Source: Cycas panzhihuaensis (taxonomy: Eukaryota; Plantae; Cycadophyta). Taken from it: a stretch of DNA of 64,000 nt. The translations under genes and the position numbers were made by a program. Shown here piece after piece: positions 14,945 to 26,449 of this stretch. Below the pieces are notes generated by a model. That model was not told where the DNA came from. It searched no databases and saw only the letters and a list, made by a program, of their open reading frames with translations. The stretch is from the NCBI GenBank assembly GCA_023213395.1, contig CM041465.1, positions 152,713,741 to 152,777,740 on the forward strand, read 5' to 3'. Positions within the stretch are counted from its first letter, which is position 1. Each line of letters starts with the position of its first letter.

Positions 14945-16735
14945 TCCTAGATCATCTCTCGAACTTTTCAAACTTGATTTTTCCCAAGGCCTTTGTAAAA
15001 TATCCATTGTTTGATCTTGATTGCTACAATAAGTCAACTCTATCTCGCTCGCTTGTACAAGTTCCAGAATAAAGTGGTATTGAGTTTCAATGTGCTTTGT
15101 TCTGCCGTGGAATACTGGATTTTTGGTCATTTGAATAGCGCTCTGATTGTCACACCAAATGTTAGTGGGGCCTTGCTGTTTAATTTGAAAATCTGTAAGA
15201 GTCTTCTTAACCGATTGATTCACGTGCACCTAACATCTGCGGCTTTATATTCTCGCTTACCGTGGATAAGGACACGGTATTTTGTTTCTTTGAACTCCAA
15301 GCTCTACTGCGATCCCATACTAAATGCATAACCGTAAGTAGATTTTCTATCATCAATATCACCATTGTCCCAATCAACTGTAACCCGTTAATCAAACTTG
15401 GATGTAGGTTTGTAGTATAGTCCAAAGTCTCAAGTCCCTTTAAGGTATCCGAGGATTCTTTTAGCGACTTGCCAATGGGATGTCTTTGGATCTGCATAAA
15501 TCTAGATACAACGCTACGTAATATGTTATATCGGTCGAGTAGATGTTAAATAAAGTAGGCTACCAATCAATTGTCTATAGTGAGTGGGATCAACCGAGGT
15601 TGAGTCATCTTAGAGAGTTTAATTCCAATTTACGCTAGTATTGACAATGGTTTACGCTTGTCATCTTAAATCTTTGTAGAAGGTCTAATATATATTTACG
15701 TTGAGAGATAAATATTCCTTGTTTATCTTGCCACACTTCCAATCCTAGGAAGTAGTGCATAAGACCTAAGTCTATCATTTCGAATTCCTTACACATAGCT
15801 TCTTTAAATTGACTTAAAAGTTGGGAGTCATTTCCGGTATAAATTAAGTCGCTCACGTAAAGTCCTACGATCAATATCGAATCTCCTTTAATTTTAGTGT
15901 ATAGGTTTGGATCTGCTTGAGATCTTTCAAACCCTTGATCTTTAAGATATGTGTCTATACGGGAATACCAAGCCCTAGGTGCTTGTTTTAGACCATATAA
16001 CGCTTTCTTTAACTTATATACTTTGTTTTCTTCCCCCCTGACTTCAAAACCGAGGGGTTGAGAGACATAGATATCTTCTTGAATATAACCATTTAAAAAG
16101 GCACTTTTTACGTCCATTTGATAAACAGGCCAACCCATTTGGGCGGCTAAACTTATTATCATGCGAACTGATTCCATTCTAGCAACTGGGGCAAATGTTT
16201 TGGTATAATCTATGCCTTCTTTTTGGGCATATCCTTTGGCAACTAAATGAGCTTTATATTTATCAATTGATCCATCAGAGTGGAACTTAGTCTTATAAAC
16301 CCATTTGGTTCCAATGGCTTTCTTTCTTGGTGGTAAGTCTACAAGTTCCCAAGTATCATTTTTAACGATAGATTTATATTCCTCTTGCATGGCTTTTTGC
16401 CAGCACTCATGTTGATTAGCCTCACCAAATGTTTGAGGCTCATGACTTTCAAGTAACTTACTCATTAGAGCAAAGTTAACTTTGTGTGAACGTGTAGATC
16501 TTCGATTGTTATCTAATATATTTCCTAAGTCATGATTGTGGTGAACCCATTTAGGTAGGGGTTGTAATGGTGGTTGAGGTGATGTTGTTTCCCTAGTAGT
16601 TTCCGGAGAGTTTCTCCACATAGGTGGCACATATTTGGATGTATTTGATGCATTAAACTTAATGGTAATGTCCTTTTGTTGTTCGTGATTATTTTGATAG
16701 TAGGTGTCTTCTTGAAATTTGACATCCCTACTCAT
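14945..16735 (-). CDS. Copia-1 reverse transcriptase and RNase H (frameshifted)
   Basis: [30 protein letters not shown] (expected YVDD), [24 protein letters not shown]. Confidence 0.93.
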
Positions 16736-16739
16736 AATA

Positions 16740-17960
16740 ACTTTTCGGATTTGGGATCATAAACTTTGTAAGATCTTGATGATTCACTATATCCAATAAA
16801 GATACATTTTACACTATGATCATCTAATTTGGTTCTTCTTTGGTCGTGGATGTGGGCATAGGCTAAATGTACCAAATACCTTAAGGTGACGGATACTAGG
16901 TTTATAACTGTCCATGCTTCTTCCGTGTCTTCCTCTAATAGCTTTTGTGGAACATCGATTAAGTAAGTAGATCATGCAGTATGGATCGCTTTTCAAAATT
17001 CATGGCCTAAGTTTTTATCTTTAAGCATACAACGTGCCATTTCTACTATAGTTCTGTTTTTCCTTTCCTACACCATTTTGTTGTGGGGTGTAGGGGTTGG
17101 TATGTTGTCGCCTAATCCCACATTGTTGGATACAAGAATCCTTGAAGATATTAGAGGTAAATTCTCCCCATTATCCGATCTTAAGGAGAGGATATGATAT
17201 CCATTGTCGCTCAACGAAGGTTTTGAAGTCAACAAAGTGGTCAAAAGCATCGATTTGTATTTGAGAAAGAACACCCAAGTCTTTCTTGTAAAGTCATCAA
17301 TAAATGTAAGGAAATATTTGGCACCGCTATGAGGAGTGGCCATTGGGCCACAAATATCTGTGTATACGAGTTGAAGAGGCGATGTCCGATGGCTAAAGTC
17401 CGGAAAACTTTCTCTATGATGTTTTCCAAGAAGGCATCCCTCACACAACTCTTTGTTAACATCAATAGGGGGTAAGCCATTAACCATATCTAATCTTTTC
17501 ATAAGGGCTAAACTTGTATAATTAAGGTGACCGAAACGTCGATGCCATAGGTCACTATCCATAGTAGTTGTGGTTCTAAGGGCATATGTTTCTGAGGGGG
17601 TGATAGTAAGTTTAAATAAACGATCTTTAGTCATGATACCCCTAGCAACAATAGCTTCATTTTGTCGTTTATCTTTAATGATGCATTCGCCGTTGTCAAA
17701 AATTATTTTATAGTCTTGTCCCATCATCTGTCCTACCGATAGTAAGTTTTTCTTTAAAGCGGGGACGTATAGAACATCATTTAAATATTTGTATTCACCA
17801 CTATCAGTCAATAAGGCAATGTTTCCTTTTCCAATCGATTGGTGAGAAGTGTTGTCTCCAAACATAATAGACCCTTTCTTATTTGTATCCAAAGTTTGAA
17901 ATAATTGTTCTTTATGGGTCATGTGGGTGGAACAACCGAGTCAATGTACCAACTATCATC
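16740..17960 (-). CDS. Copia-1 protease, GAG-pre-integrase and integrase (frameshifted)
   Basis: [50 protein letters not shown]. Confidence 0.93.
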
Positions 17961-19128
17961 CTCTTCTTCCCTGGTTTGAAAACTAGATAGAAATAACCTA
18001 TTGTTGATTTTAGATTCTGATGTATTTGACACATGTCCTCTAGAGGGTGGTCCATGTTTGGAAAAATACTTATCTTCAGTGTGACCATTTCTACGACAAT
18101 AAGTGCAATATAGTTGATCTCTTTTTCCATAACTAAGATTTTGAGTCCTTGGTGAAGAGTGATCAAAGTTGAGAGGTCTCCCCCTTTCCTCATAGAATTG
18201 AGTATGAGTATTTCTTGGTTGGTCACGATAGTTTTGAGGTGTGGTAGAAGGTTGTGGGTTCCCATGACAATGTGGACAACAAGAATGATTTGCAACTTGT
18301 CTGCGTTGGTTAGGGTTTCTTGGAGTGTTCGAATGTCTTGGAGAATTTTCATGTTGTGGGGGTCGTCCTTGTCTATTATGAGGAGCTTGGTATCGTGGAG
18401 GATTTTGTCTAGGTTCATTTCTAGGGTTTTCATCTTTTCTCCTTAAAGGGGATTCATTTTGTTTTGAAGTACCATCTTGAGGATTAGATTGAATGTTGGC
18501 CTTTGTAGCAAAGGCATGTTCTAAGGTTTCGTTGGCAGCTTGTTGCTCTTCTATGGACATAAGCATAGCAGTAAGTTGTTCTATTTTGAGGGTACTTAGG
18601 TCTTTAGATACACTAATACTTGTAGCTACCATTTCAAAGCATCTAACGGCTCCTACACATCGAAGGATTCGTTCAACAACTCTTTGTTCGGTTAAGATAT
18701 CCCCAAGGGACCTCATTTGGTTAACTATGTCTTGAATCTTGGTCATAAATTCAGTTATTGATTCATGAGGCATCATACGTAAATTTTCAAACTTACTTCT
18801 TAAGTTTTGTAGTTTAGAGGACATAACCCCTTCAGATATAAGTCAGAAAGTATCCCAAGCCTCTTTGGACTTAATGGATTCACTAACGCGGGAAAACGTG
18901 ATCTTCCAAAGCACAAAAATAAGGGCTAAGGCTTCATTATCTTTTTGATATTTTCTTTGTATGTAGCTTTTTCAAGACGCTTGGGTTTGATCCTAAGTCA
19001 TTGTAACCATTTCTCACTATATCCCACATTTCATTTGCTATGAGGATGGGCCTCATCCTCCTACTCCAGTTAAGAAAATTATTTCCATCAAACTTAGGAA
19101 TAATCATATTCCCAAAACTAGATGTCAT
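17919..19128 (-). CDS. Copia-1 Gag (frameshifted): N-terminal domain, UBN2-like domain, low-complexity linker, zinc knuckle
   Basis: IPKFDGNNFLNWS, KLQNLRSKFENLRM..ESI, CTYCRRNGHTEDK. Confidence 0.92.
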
Positions 19129-19261
19129 TTTAAATTAAGGTTGTATAAAATATGATAAATGCAATAGCAAAAACTATTTGAATGTAGAAAATTTGAAAGA
19201 ACTTAAATGAAAGAAATTATTTCCAAATATATATATCCCAAGGTTTTCAAAAGGTTGACAA

Positions 19262-19740
19262 ATGAACTAGGACCTAGAAAGGCTACTAGGCTCTAAGTTT
19301 ATGTTTCTCCTGGGGCAACCTTCGGTTGTCATTCTGTCAATGGCGCCTGCCCACAGATGGCAAAACAGGGACCCTTTATACCGGTACTGAGCGCTAGGCT
19401 CTATATACCTCAGTACGTGGGCTGCTAAGAAGGTTTTGACACCCCCCTGAATTGTTGGTCCACCTGCACCGGATTTATGCCTAACGACAGATCTAGTGGT
19501 GAAGGTTCTCGAACCAAAGGCACTCACCCTCTCCAGGTCTAGCCTTGGTCTCCAAACACCATAAAAGGAAAGGTTCTGCACCTCACCGCCAATCAGATAC
19601 ACACGATAGCTAATGGGTCCTCATCCAATATGAGTAGGCCAATTAGCGCAAAGTGGTGGTAACTGTGGGTCCTAACTGCTCCCTTGCAAGGCTGGAAAAA
19701 AGGTGGTTCAATTCGGGATTTATCTTATTTAATGTGAAAA
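19262..19740 (-). ncRNA. Putative large structured cis-acting RNA in the Copia-1 5' leader
   Basis: GC-rich island with many hairpins, conserved at 35452-35942; see findings. Confidence 0.65.
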
Positions 19741-20080
19741 CTAATCTATTTAGCAATGTGGTCTTGCTTAGAAAAAGAAAAATTCTTTTGATAATAGAAA
19801 AAAAATGCTCTAAGCAAGATGAAATGAAAACTTTAAAAAAAAACTCTTTTTGCTTTTTCAAAAAAAATATATAATGTCCTTCAAACAAATATAAGATGCC
19901 TTTGAAAAGAAAAGCAAACTTCCGAGCGGGAGATCTTCCTCCACAGTGAATGGAATTCAGAACCGTCTTCTCCAGCAGATCGGTGAGCTCGCCAGAATCT
20001 CAACGAGCAGTCATATAGCTATGTTAAAATCGGACGTTTGAGCAACTAAAATCAGAAAAATGACAACCTAGCTCAACTTA

Positions 20081-20092
20081 GCTCTGATACCA
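20081..20092 (-). promoter_or_regulatory. PBS (tRNA-iMet) of Copia-1
   Basis: Reverse complement TGGTATCAGAGC, 2 nt from the 5' LTR. Confidence 0.95.
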
Positions 20093-20094
20093 AA

Positions 20095-20426
20095 TGATGG
20101 AGCCGGAGGAGCAGAGCAGGACATCACGAGACTTTCATCTTGAGTATAACGGCGATTTCCGAAAGAGTGGCGGTGTTAATAAACACCAGGGAGGTATTCC
20201 CAACCCTTAAATAGAGATTCGGGGAGGCGTCGGGCGCCATCACCCTAGCTGCACAACAATTAAGGTTAGTTTGAAAAATATAAAATATAAATAGCAGTAA
20301 ATACGCACTCACGTGAGTGGTCGGTCCGGCTACGAATCTGAGCTCAAGGTGCCCTAGGGTCCCTCAAAGGTGGCTTTGAGGGGCCCTAAGCGCTCTAGTG
20401 CACAAACATTGGGATTATTCCCAACA
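20095..20426 (-). repeat. Copia-1 5' LTR
   Basis: Matches 14575-14915; adjacent to the PBS. Confidence 0.96.
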
Positions 20427-20608
20427 CTTTTCTCATCTTTTAAATGCCTTTTGTGGTGAAAAAATGAAAGAAGAGAATAGAGGAAGGATTGGAATAGTGT
20501 GTAGATCTTAGATAGGTGTTGTTGTTACCAAAAACTTGAGCTTTTCCTCTTCTTTTCATTCAAGAATACTTGCTTTTTTCTCTTGAATTAGCTAGTGTTA
20601 AAAATACA

Positions 20609-20728
20609 AGAGAGAGAGACAGAGAGACAGAGATAGAGAGAGACAAAGAGACAGACAGACAGAGAGAGAGAGAGAGAGACAGAGAGACACAGAAAAAGAA
20701 AGAGAGAGGCAGACAGACAGAGAAAGAC

Positions 20729-20791
<63 letters not shown>

Positions 20792-20804
20792 TAGAGACAG
20801 AGAT

Positions 20805-20852
<48 letters not shown>
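20609..20852. repeat. Compound (GA)n/(GACA) microsatellite
   Basis: Directly visible. Confidence 0.98.
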
Positions 20853-20855
<3 letters not shown>

Positions 20856-22249
20856 AGAAGAGTTGTAGGTGATCGAATAATAAAGAATTCAGAGTTTTTG
20901 TGAGTTTGAATGGATTCTAAGGACCATTAGTCCTTGATCTGGGCTGGTCCCAAGACTGAGATCTATGTTAGAGGGGAATTAAATGTAAATTTAGCCATTT
21001 TTTGGATATATTCAAAGTCATAACAATCACACCATTAATATATCTATAGGGCATAACAATTAGAGTGGGGCAAACAAAAAACTAGGCAGGATGGCAGCAA
21101 AATAATAGAACCTATAAAAATTTGATAAATGCTTATGAAAGAAGGATAGCACTTCATGTTGGAGGCCTAGAACTCCTCCCTAAGGATATAGAAATCAGTA
21201 TCATACCATCTCATACATTAGCAATTGTAAAAATACATAATAGCATCACTAAACTAGGTTAGAACCTCATGGGGATGATGGCAATCAAGGTCATAGAGCA
21301 TAGATGGAGATTAAGCCATTAAAATCCCCAACGAACTACCCTAAACAAATCAAGTGATGGATAAAGTGGGAAGAAGGCAAAAAAGGTGTGGCACAGGAAT
21401 GTAAATAAGCTAGAACTCATCCCAAACTAAGCTATGGAATCATATGAGGGACCTCTTACCAACTAGGAAATTACCATCAGGGCATAATGATACCATTGGA
21501 CTGAAGGCCTAGTCATCATAGGCAAAAACATATACATGTAAGCCATGCAAATGAATCAATCAAGCATTCAGGCAACTAGACAAACATCACATAAAATAAT
21601 AGTTGTAAAGAATGTAAAGAAGAGTGAGGGATAGAACATACACATAAACTTACCTATGCAATATTATCCTAATCCATTCCTAATAGGCAGGAAACACTAC
21701 CCCCTTGGCATAAAAACCTTGTCGCTTTAGAGCATTATATAATGGTGAAAGTTGCCAACATACATGTTGTCAATAGTAGTGATAACTAGTAGGCAGGTGT
21801 GTGGGTAACCAAAGGGCACTATAAGTGCTATAAGGGATGTATGGATAAGAGGACATATGTTAGGGGAGGAGACAAGCTCATGGTTCAATCAAACCTCTAA
21901 GTGTGAGACCCTAGACCCAAAGCACATACCATAGAAGATAAAGAAAAGAGGTGACCTAAGGGAGATGCCCTTTAGTGGCACCCCTAAATAGGTAGCATGA
22001 CCCTAGAAAATGTGGTAGGTTCGAAACCTAAAGAGGAAACTAAGGAAGATTAAGGGATGCTTTATCACACTAAGATTGAGTTTAAATCAAATAAAAAAGG
22101 GTTTTGGTCACCATAGTTTAGCCTCATTAGTAGCTACCATTTAGAGGTAAAGAAGGTGTAGAGGTTGGGGGAGGGGTCACCATTGAAGGGTTTCAGAAGG
22201 GCAACCTATCAAACCTATAAGGAGCCATTTCAGAGCTAAAGATGGCACT

Positions 22250-22650
22250 TAAGAATAAGGTAAACTAGACTATTAGCCTCAACATTCTAATCACAAGGGA
22301 TGTATCAAATATCAACCATGGAGAAGTAAGATAGAAGAGACCTAGTAGTTGAAGTGAGGGATCTCAACTGAGGGAAAAGAACCCAATAGGTTTAGGTCAA
22401 CTAGGATACTATAATATGAGAGTCACAATGTAAGACGATAGGACTATGGTGGATGCAAAGTGCATTGATTAAGGCTTCTATAGCTGATGTATACTCTACA
22501 TTGTTATTCACAGCCTTAGGCAGATAAACCTTAGAACATATGAAATCATTCCCAGAGGGATCACAGATGATACAAGTTGTAGCAGAAGGTCTCAGGTTAC
22601 CACAACTACCACCATCCATGAAGATGAGTAGTGCCATGATTAGGGAAATA
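22250..22650 (-). pseudogene. Additional (archaeal-type) RNase H domain
   Basis: IFMDGGSCGNLRPS...NNNVEY..AIEAL...HCDSHIIVS in ORF 22401-22715, continuing as HIPCD*NVEANSL. Confidence 0.85.
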
Positions 22651-23729
22651 ACAAGGAACTTAATGAAAGGAAGGGAGATGCTCAATAAAGGATAACGAGT
22701 CTTGAAAAAAATCATAATTACTCAAAAGGCTAATCAAGAGAGGATAGGAGAGACCTATAGCTAGGTTGTTAAGCTTATGGAGGGCCTACCCTATAAAAGG
22801 GAAGGAATAAAGGTAAGAATAGACTTAATGTTGAGGATCTAAGGTAGGTTCAAAGCCAACCAAGGGCTTGACCTAGGGATTGGATCCCATTAGGAGCAAA
22901 ATGGGCCAAAATAGACATGAAAATCAGAGTCAACTTGCCAAAACGAGTCCATGAAGTATAAACATGGATAGTGTTTTAAGCAGCATAAAATAAGATTAAA
23001 AGGACTCCCAAAGGATACAAAAGGGGTGCTATAAATGCTAGAAAAGTTGAGAAAAATCGGCATCTAGGAGCCTAAAAGGGTAGGGACCCTAAAGAGAACA
23101 AGGATGAGCCCAAGGATGTGGTCCTAATGACTCCATCAAAATGGAAGAAGGTTGTGAGGCTTCAAGGAGTCCCACGAATAAAAGGGAATGAGGGGGTGAA
23201 AATGGAATTCATTTTCATACTCCCTTATGTGATTTGACGAGGAAACTACCTACTACCCTCTACTTACCACCTTAATATGAGCCTAATAGAGGAGATCTAA
23301 TCATTTGATCATTACATAAAGGAAGCCATTGAGACCATAGCTGAGTAATGGTAACAGTTAGGCCAGACCTGGTACTCAGATCTTAACCATGACTCACTTA
23401 TTTGCATCTTTTTACTAGTGTCTTTTATATACTGGGTAGTGCCTATTAAGGTGTTATGAGGCTTAACGGGACCCAAGTAAGGGCTCATAAGAGGCTAAAC
23501 CAAGGCTTTAGGAGGCCCTAATCCCAATGGACAAAGTGTTATCCATATTTATTTATATATTTTTTGTTTTTATTTTATTTTAACAGGGGAATTTATGGTA
23601 CCACAAATATCCCTACGGGCATATGTAGTACCTGTAGGGCCCACTGATATATTTACAATGTTGTGAATATATTAGTGGGGTGAAGATGAATATAAAGAAT
23701 ATATGAAAATATTTAGATTTGATCAAATT

Positions 23730-25610
23730 TTGATGACTGATATGTTGTCTAGGAGGGCCCTTAGCCCTGTAGGGAGGTAAGTAACTGATTGATAATATTT
23801 GTTGGTGATTTTTAGCATCTCACCACAGTGGAAAATTGCAAGAACATTGGTTCATCAATGATAGGATTTACAGAGTTGATGGATCATCGTGATAAGGCAA
23901 CATTGGAGACAATGTGGATTTCTGAAGATAGTTTGCAGACCATAATATGCATTAGACTAGACACTTTTAGTTGACATCATCTCTCATTGGGATTGATAGA
24001 GCCATGTGTTCCATCTCTCACTAGTGGGAGACGTCACCATCACCCCAATGAATGACTGGAGGATCATGGAGGTGCTTACCAGTAGAGTAACAATGGTGTT
24101 TAGGACTTTTCCCAACACAGATGTAGCATATAGAGAGGTAACCAGATAGTTTTATGGTAGGGGTCATTGGGACTAGAGGGGGTTATCATTGGGGACCATA
24201 GTGATGTTTAGGATTCCTCATGTAAAGAAGATGATTATCTTTACTATTCTATTCTGAATTTTCTGAAAACAGAACTATAGGGATGTGTTTGGAGTATGGA
24301 TGGATATCATCAAATAATACAAGGAAGAAGAGAGGTTTGACTGGGTCACTTTGATAGTGGCTAATCTCACAACTCAGCTCAACCAAATCTAGGTAGTTGG
24401 ATGGGGAGGACTCTCATATAACTCCCTACTTTAGTGTTGGTTCTTTGATCATTTTTTAGGAGTGGGACTAGTAATAAGACCATAACCCATACCAGTTAGT
24501 GCTCCTCTCATTCATCGATGATCATCATGTTTCATGGGTGTCATAGAGCCAACTCAGGTTAAGAGATATGTAGTAGCTACATCATTAGACATGCTAATGG
24601 CAGATGACTATGTGAGCCAAACATATCACATCATGCATTAGGATAGTGATGCAAAGGAGGGAGAGGTTGCATGGGTCCTCACAGTAGAGCCAAGAGAGGA
24701 GAAGGATCAGGGAGCTCCTGCTACTGATTCAGAGGTAAAGGTAGCCTTGGTGGCTACAAGAGAGGCAACTATAGCTATGATGAGAGCAAAGATCCCCATA
24801 GTAGAGGAGGCAGAGGTTGAGGAGACACCAGCTACTCTAAGGGATGAGAAGCTAAGAGTAGGGGAGTTGGGAACTAAGGAGGTAGTAGCTAGAGAGGCAA
24901 CAACTAGAGAGGTGTCAGCTAATCCTGGAGGTAAGGTCTCTCTCTTTTAATATTTATAACTTTCAATTTAGTTATTTGATTTAAGATCTTTATGATATTA
25001 TTATTTATGTTTATGGATTTTATTTATACTCCCAACTGACACATGGACTTTCATGATTGGTAGGTGGAGAGGTCATAGAGGAGATAATCAGGATAGTTAT
25101 AATGTAGCTCCTCCCATAGGTGTGGGGAGGGTTGGCCTCCCATCGTAGATAGTGAAGAGCTAAGCTCAATAGGACCCCACACAATGGCTTTCGCCCCCAT
25201 CGTTTGAGTCAAAGATATATGGCCTATGGAGGCCTAGGAGAGATAGATGGAGAGGGATCAACTCCATGCAGAGAGGGACTAGCTATGAGCTCGAGTGTAG
25301 GAGTTAGAGGACTAGGCAAGGGATAGAGTGATCCAAGGAGATCTAGGGGCTAAGAGGAAGATTATAGTCCTAGAGACTCAGCTAGTGGAGGTCTAAGGAC
25401 ACTTATTTAGGGCACATAAGGGCCACGATTGACTTTGAGAGATGTAGGATCAATTGACTAAGCTGATAGAGGAGAGAGAGTAGTTATAGTACGCTATGAC
25501 TGATTAGTTAATAGATAGCAACCAGGTCTTCACATACCTACACACACAACTATGCCATCCTAGAGCATATTAAGGCTAGGACCTCATAGAGATACAGGAG
25601 GAGCTTAGTA
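23730..25610 (+). pseudogene. Antisense extra ORF with plant mobile domain (PMD), acidic linker, intron and coiled-coil tail
   Basis: SHW...SHVFHL..GDVTIT...WRI (PMD W..HTFHLP.GE.TIT motif), RFDW...VANL..QL, LL*CWFFDH; GT-AG intron 24931-25063. Confidence 0.75.
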
Positions 25611-26449
25611 CCTGAGAGAGTAGGGTAGCCTGAGGGAGACACACCATGAGTACAACCTTCCCCTAGACTTTTGTATCACAATTTTAATGAGAGGAAAGCT
25701 TCAGACCTCCAGGGAGTTTTATACTTCACATATATATGATTATACATCCTCCTTGTAAGGATTTTGGCTTCTTAGGGCACATTCTACCAACACATTTTGT
25801 ATTATCATGGATGATTATGTACATATATAGAGATGGGAGAACACATTGGTACCCTATTTTAATATGAGTTTTTGATTTATTTTGATGGTTATGGATGTAT
25901 GAATGCATGTGTGCATAGATCTTATTATGTTATTTATTTATTTGCATATCCTTTTGTATAGTGTAGCACTCACACTAGGCATACATGATCACCTCGTATA
26001 CTATGTAATCTTATGTGGCTCTAGGGAGAGGGGGCCACATTTCTCTTAGGAGGAAAATAGTGATTCAAACATTAAAGAGAATAAGAACATGTACAAATAC
26101 CCTAAAAGTAGTAAGAGGAGATAAGGTCTATCTCAAGAAGCCCTCTATAGGTAGTAACTTATTCTCAAAAGTGAATAGTTACTTCCTAAAGAAGGAACCA
26201 AACATAAGCATGGAGACATGCCCCTATGGTGACATATTCACCACTACCCATGGTCTAAAAGAAGGGCTATGTTTGTTAAGGGGAAATATGACACCTTCAG
26301 AAATAGGCATAGACATCTTGATAATAAACAGAGTTACTAGAGACTCAAATACATGCCATGCCCCTAATGAGAGTACTTGTTATTGTATTTGAATGGTAGT
26401 TTAGGCTCATTATAGAGTGAGTGACTGGCTTTCTTTCTACTTAGAAGGA

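Larger units (their letters stand above)
14575..20426 (-). mobile_element. Copia-1: young full-length Ty1/Copia retrotransposon (RT looks Ivana-like)
   Basis: Paired LTRs 14575-14915 and 20095-20426 (TG..CA); perfect TSD CTTTT (14570-14574 and 20427-20431); PBS 20081-20092; PPT next to 14916; domain order gag-PR-INT-RT-RH. Confidence 0.97.
14393..21025 (+). repeat. Probable 3' LTR of the + strand Gypsy, interrupted by Copia-1; right boundary uncertain
   Basis: Purine tract ggaaaggggatat followed by TGTAAC at 14393; sequence continues across the CTTTT TSD at 20427. Confidence 0.35.

Noticed and set aside
19267-19602. 111-aa ORF (and 80-aa ORF 35564-35806) over the conserved leader module, as an upstream protein
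   Set aside because: The two copies shift frame relative to each other in the middle (+1/-1 indels) and differ in start and stop; conservation follows stems rather than codons
20570-20794. Glu/Arg-rich ORF
   Set aside because: Translation of the GA microsatellite
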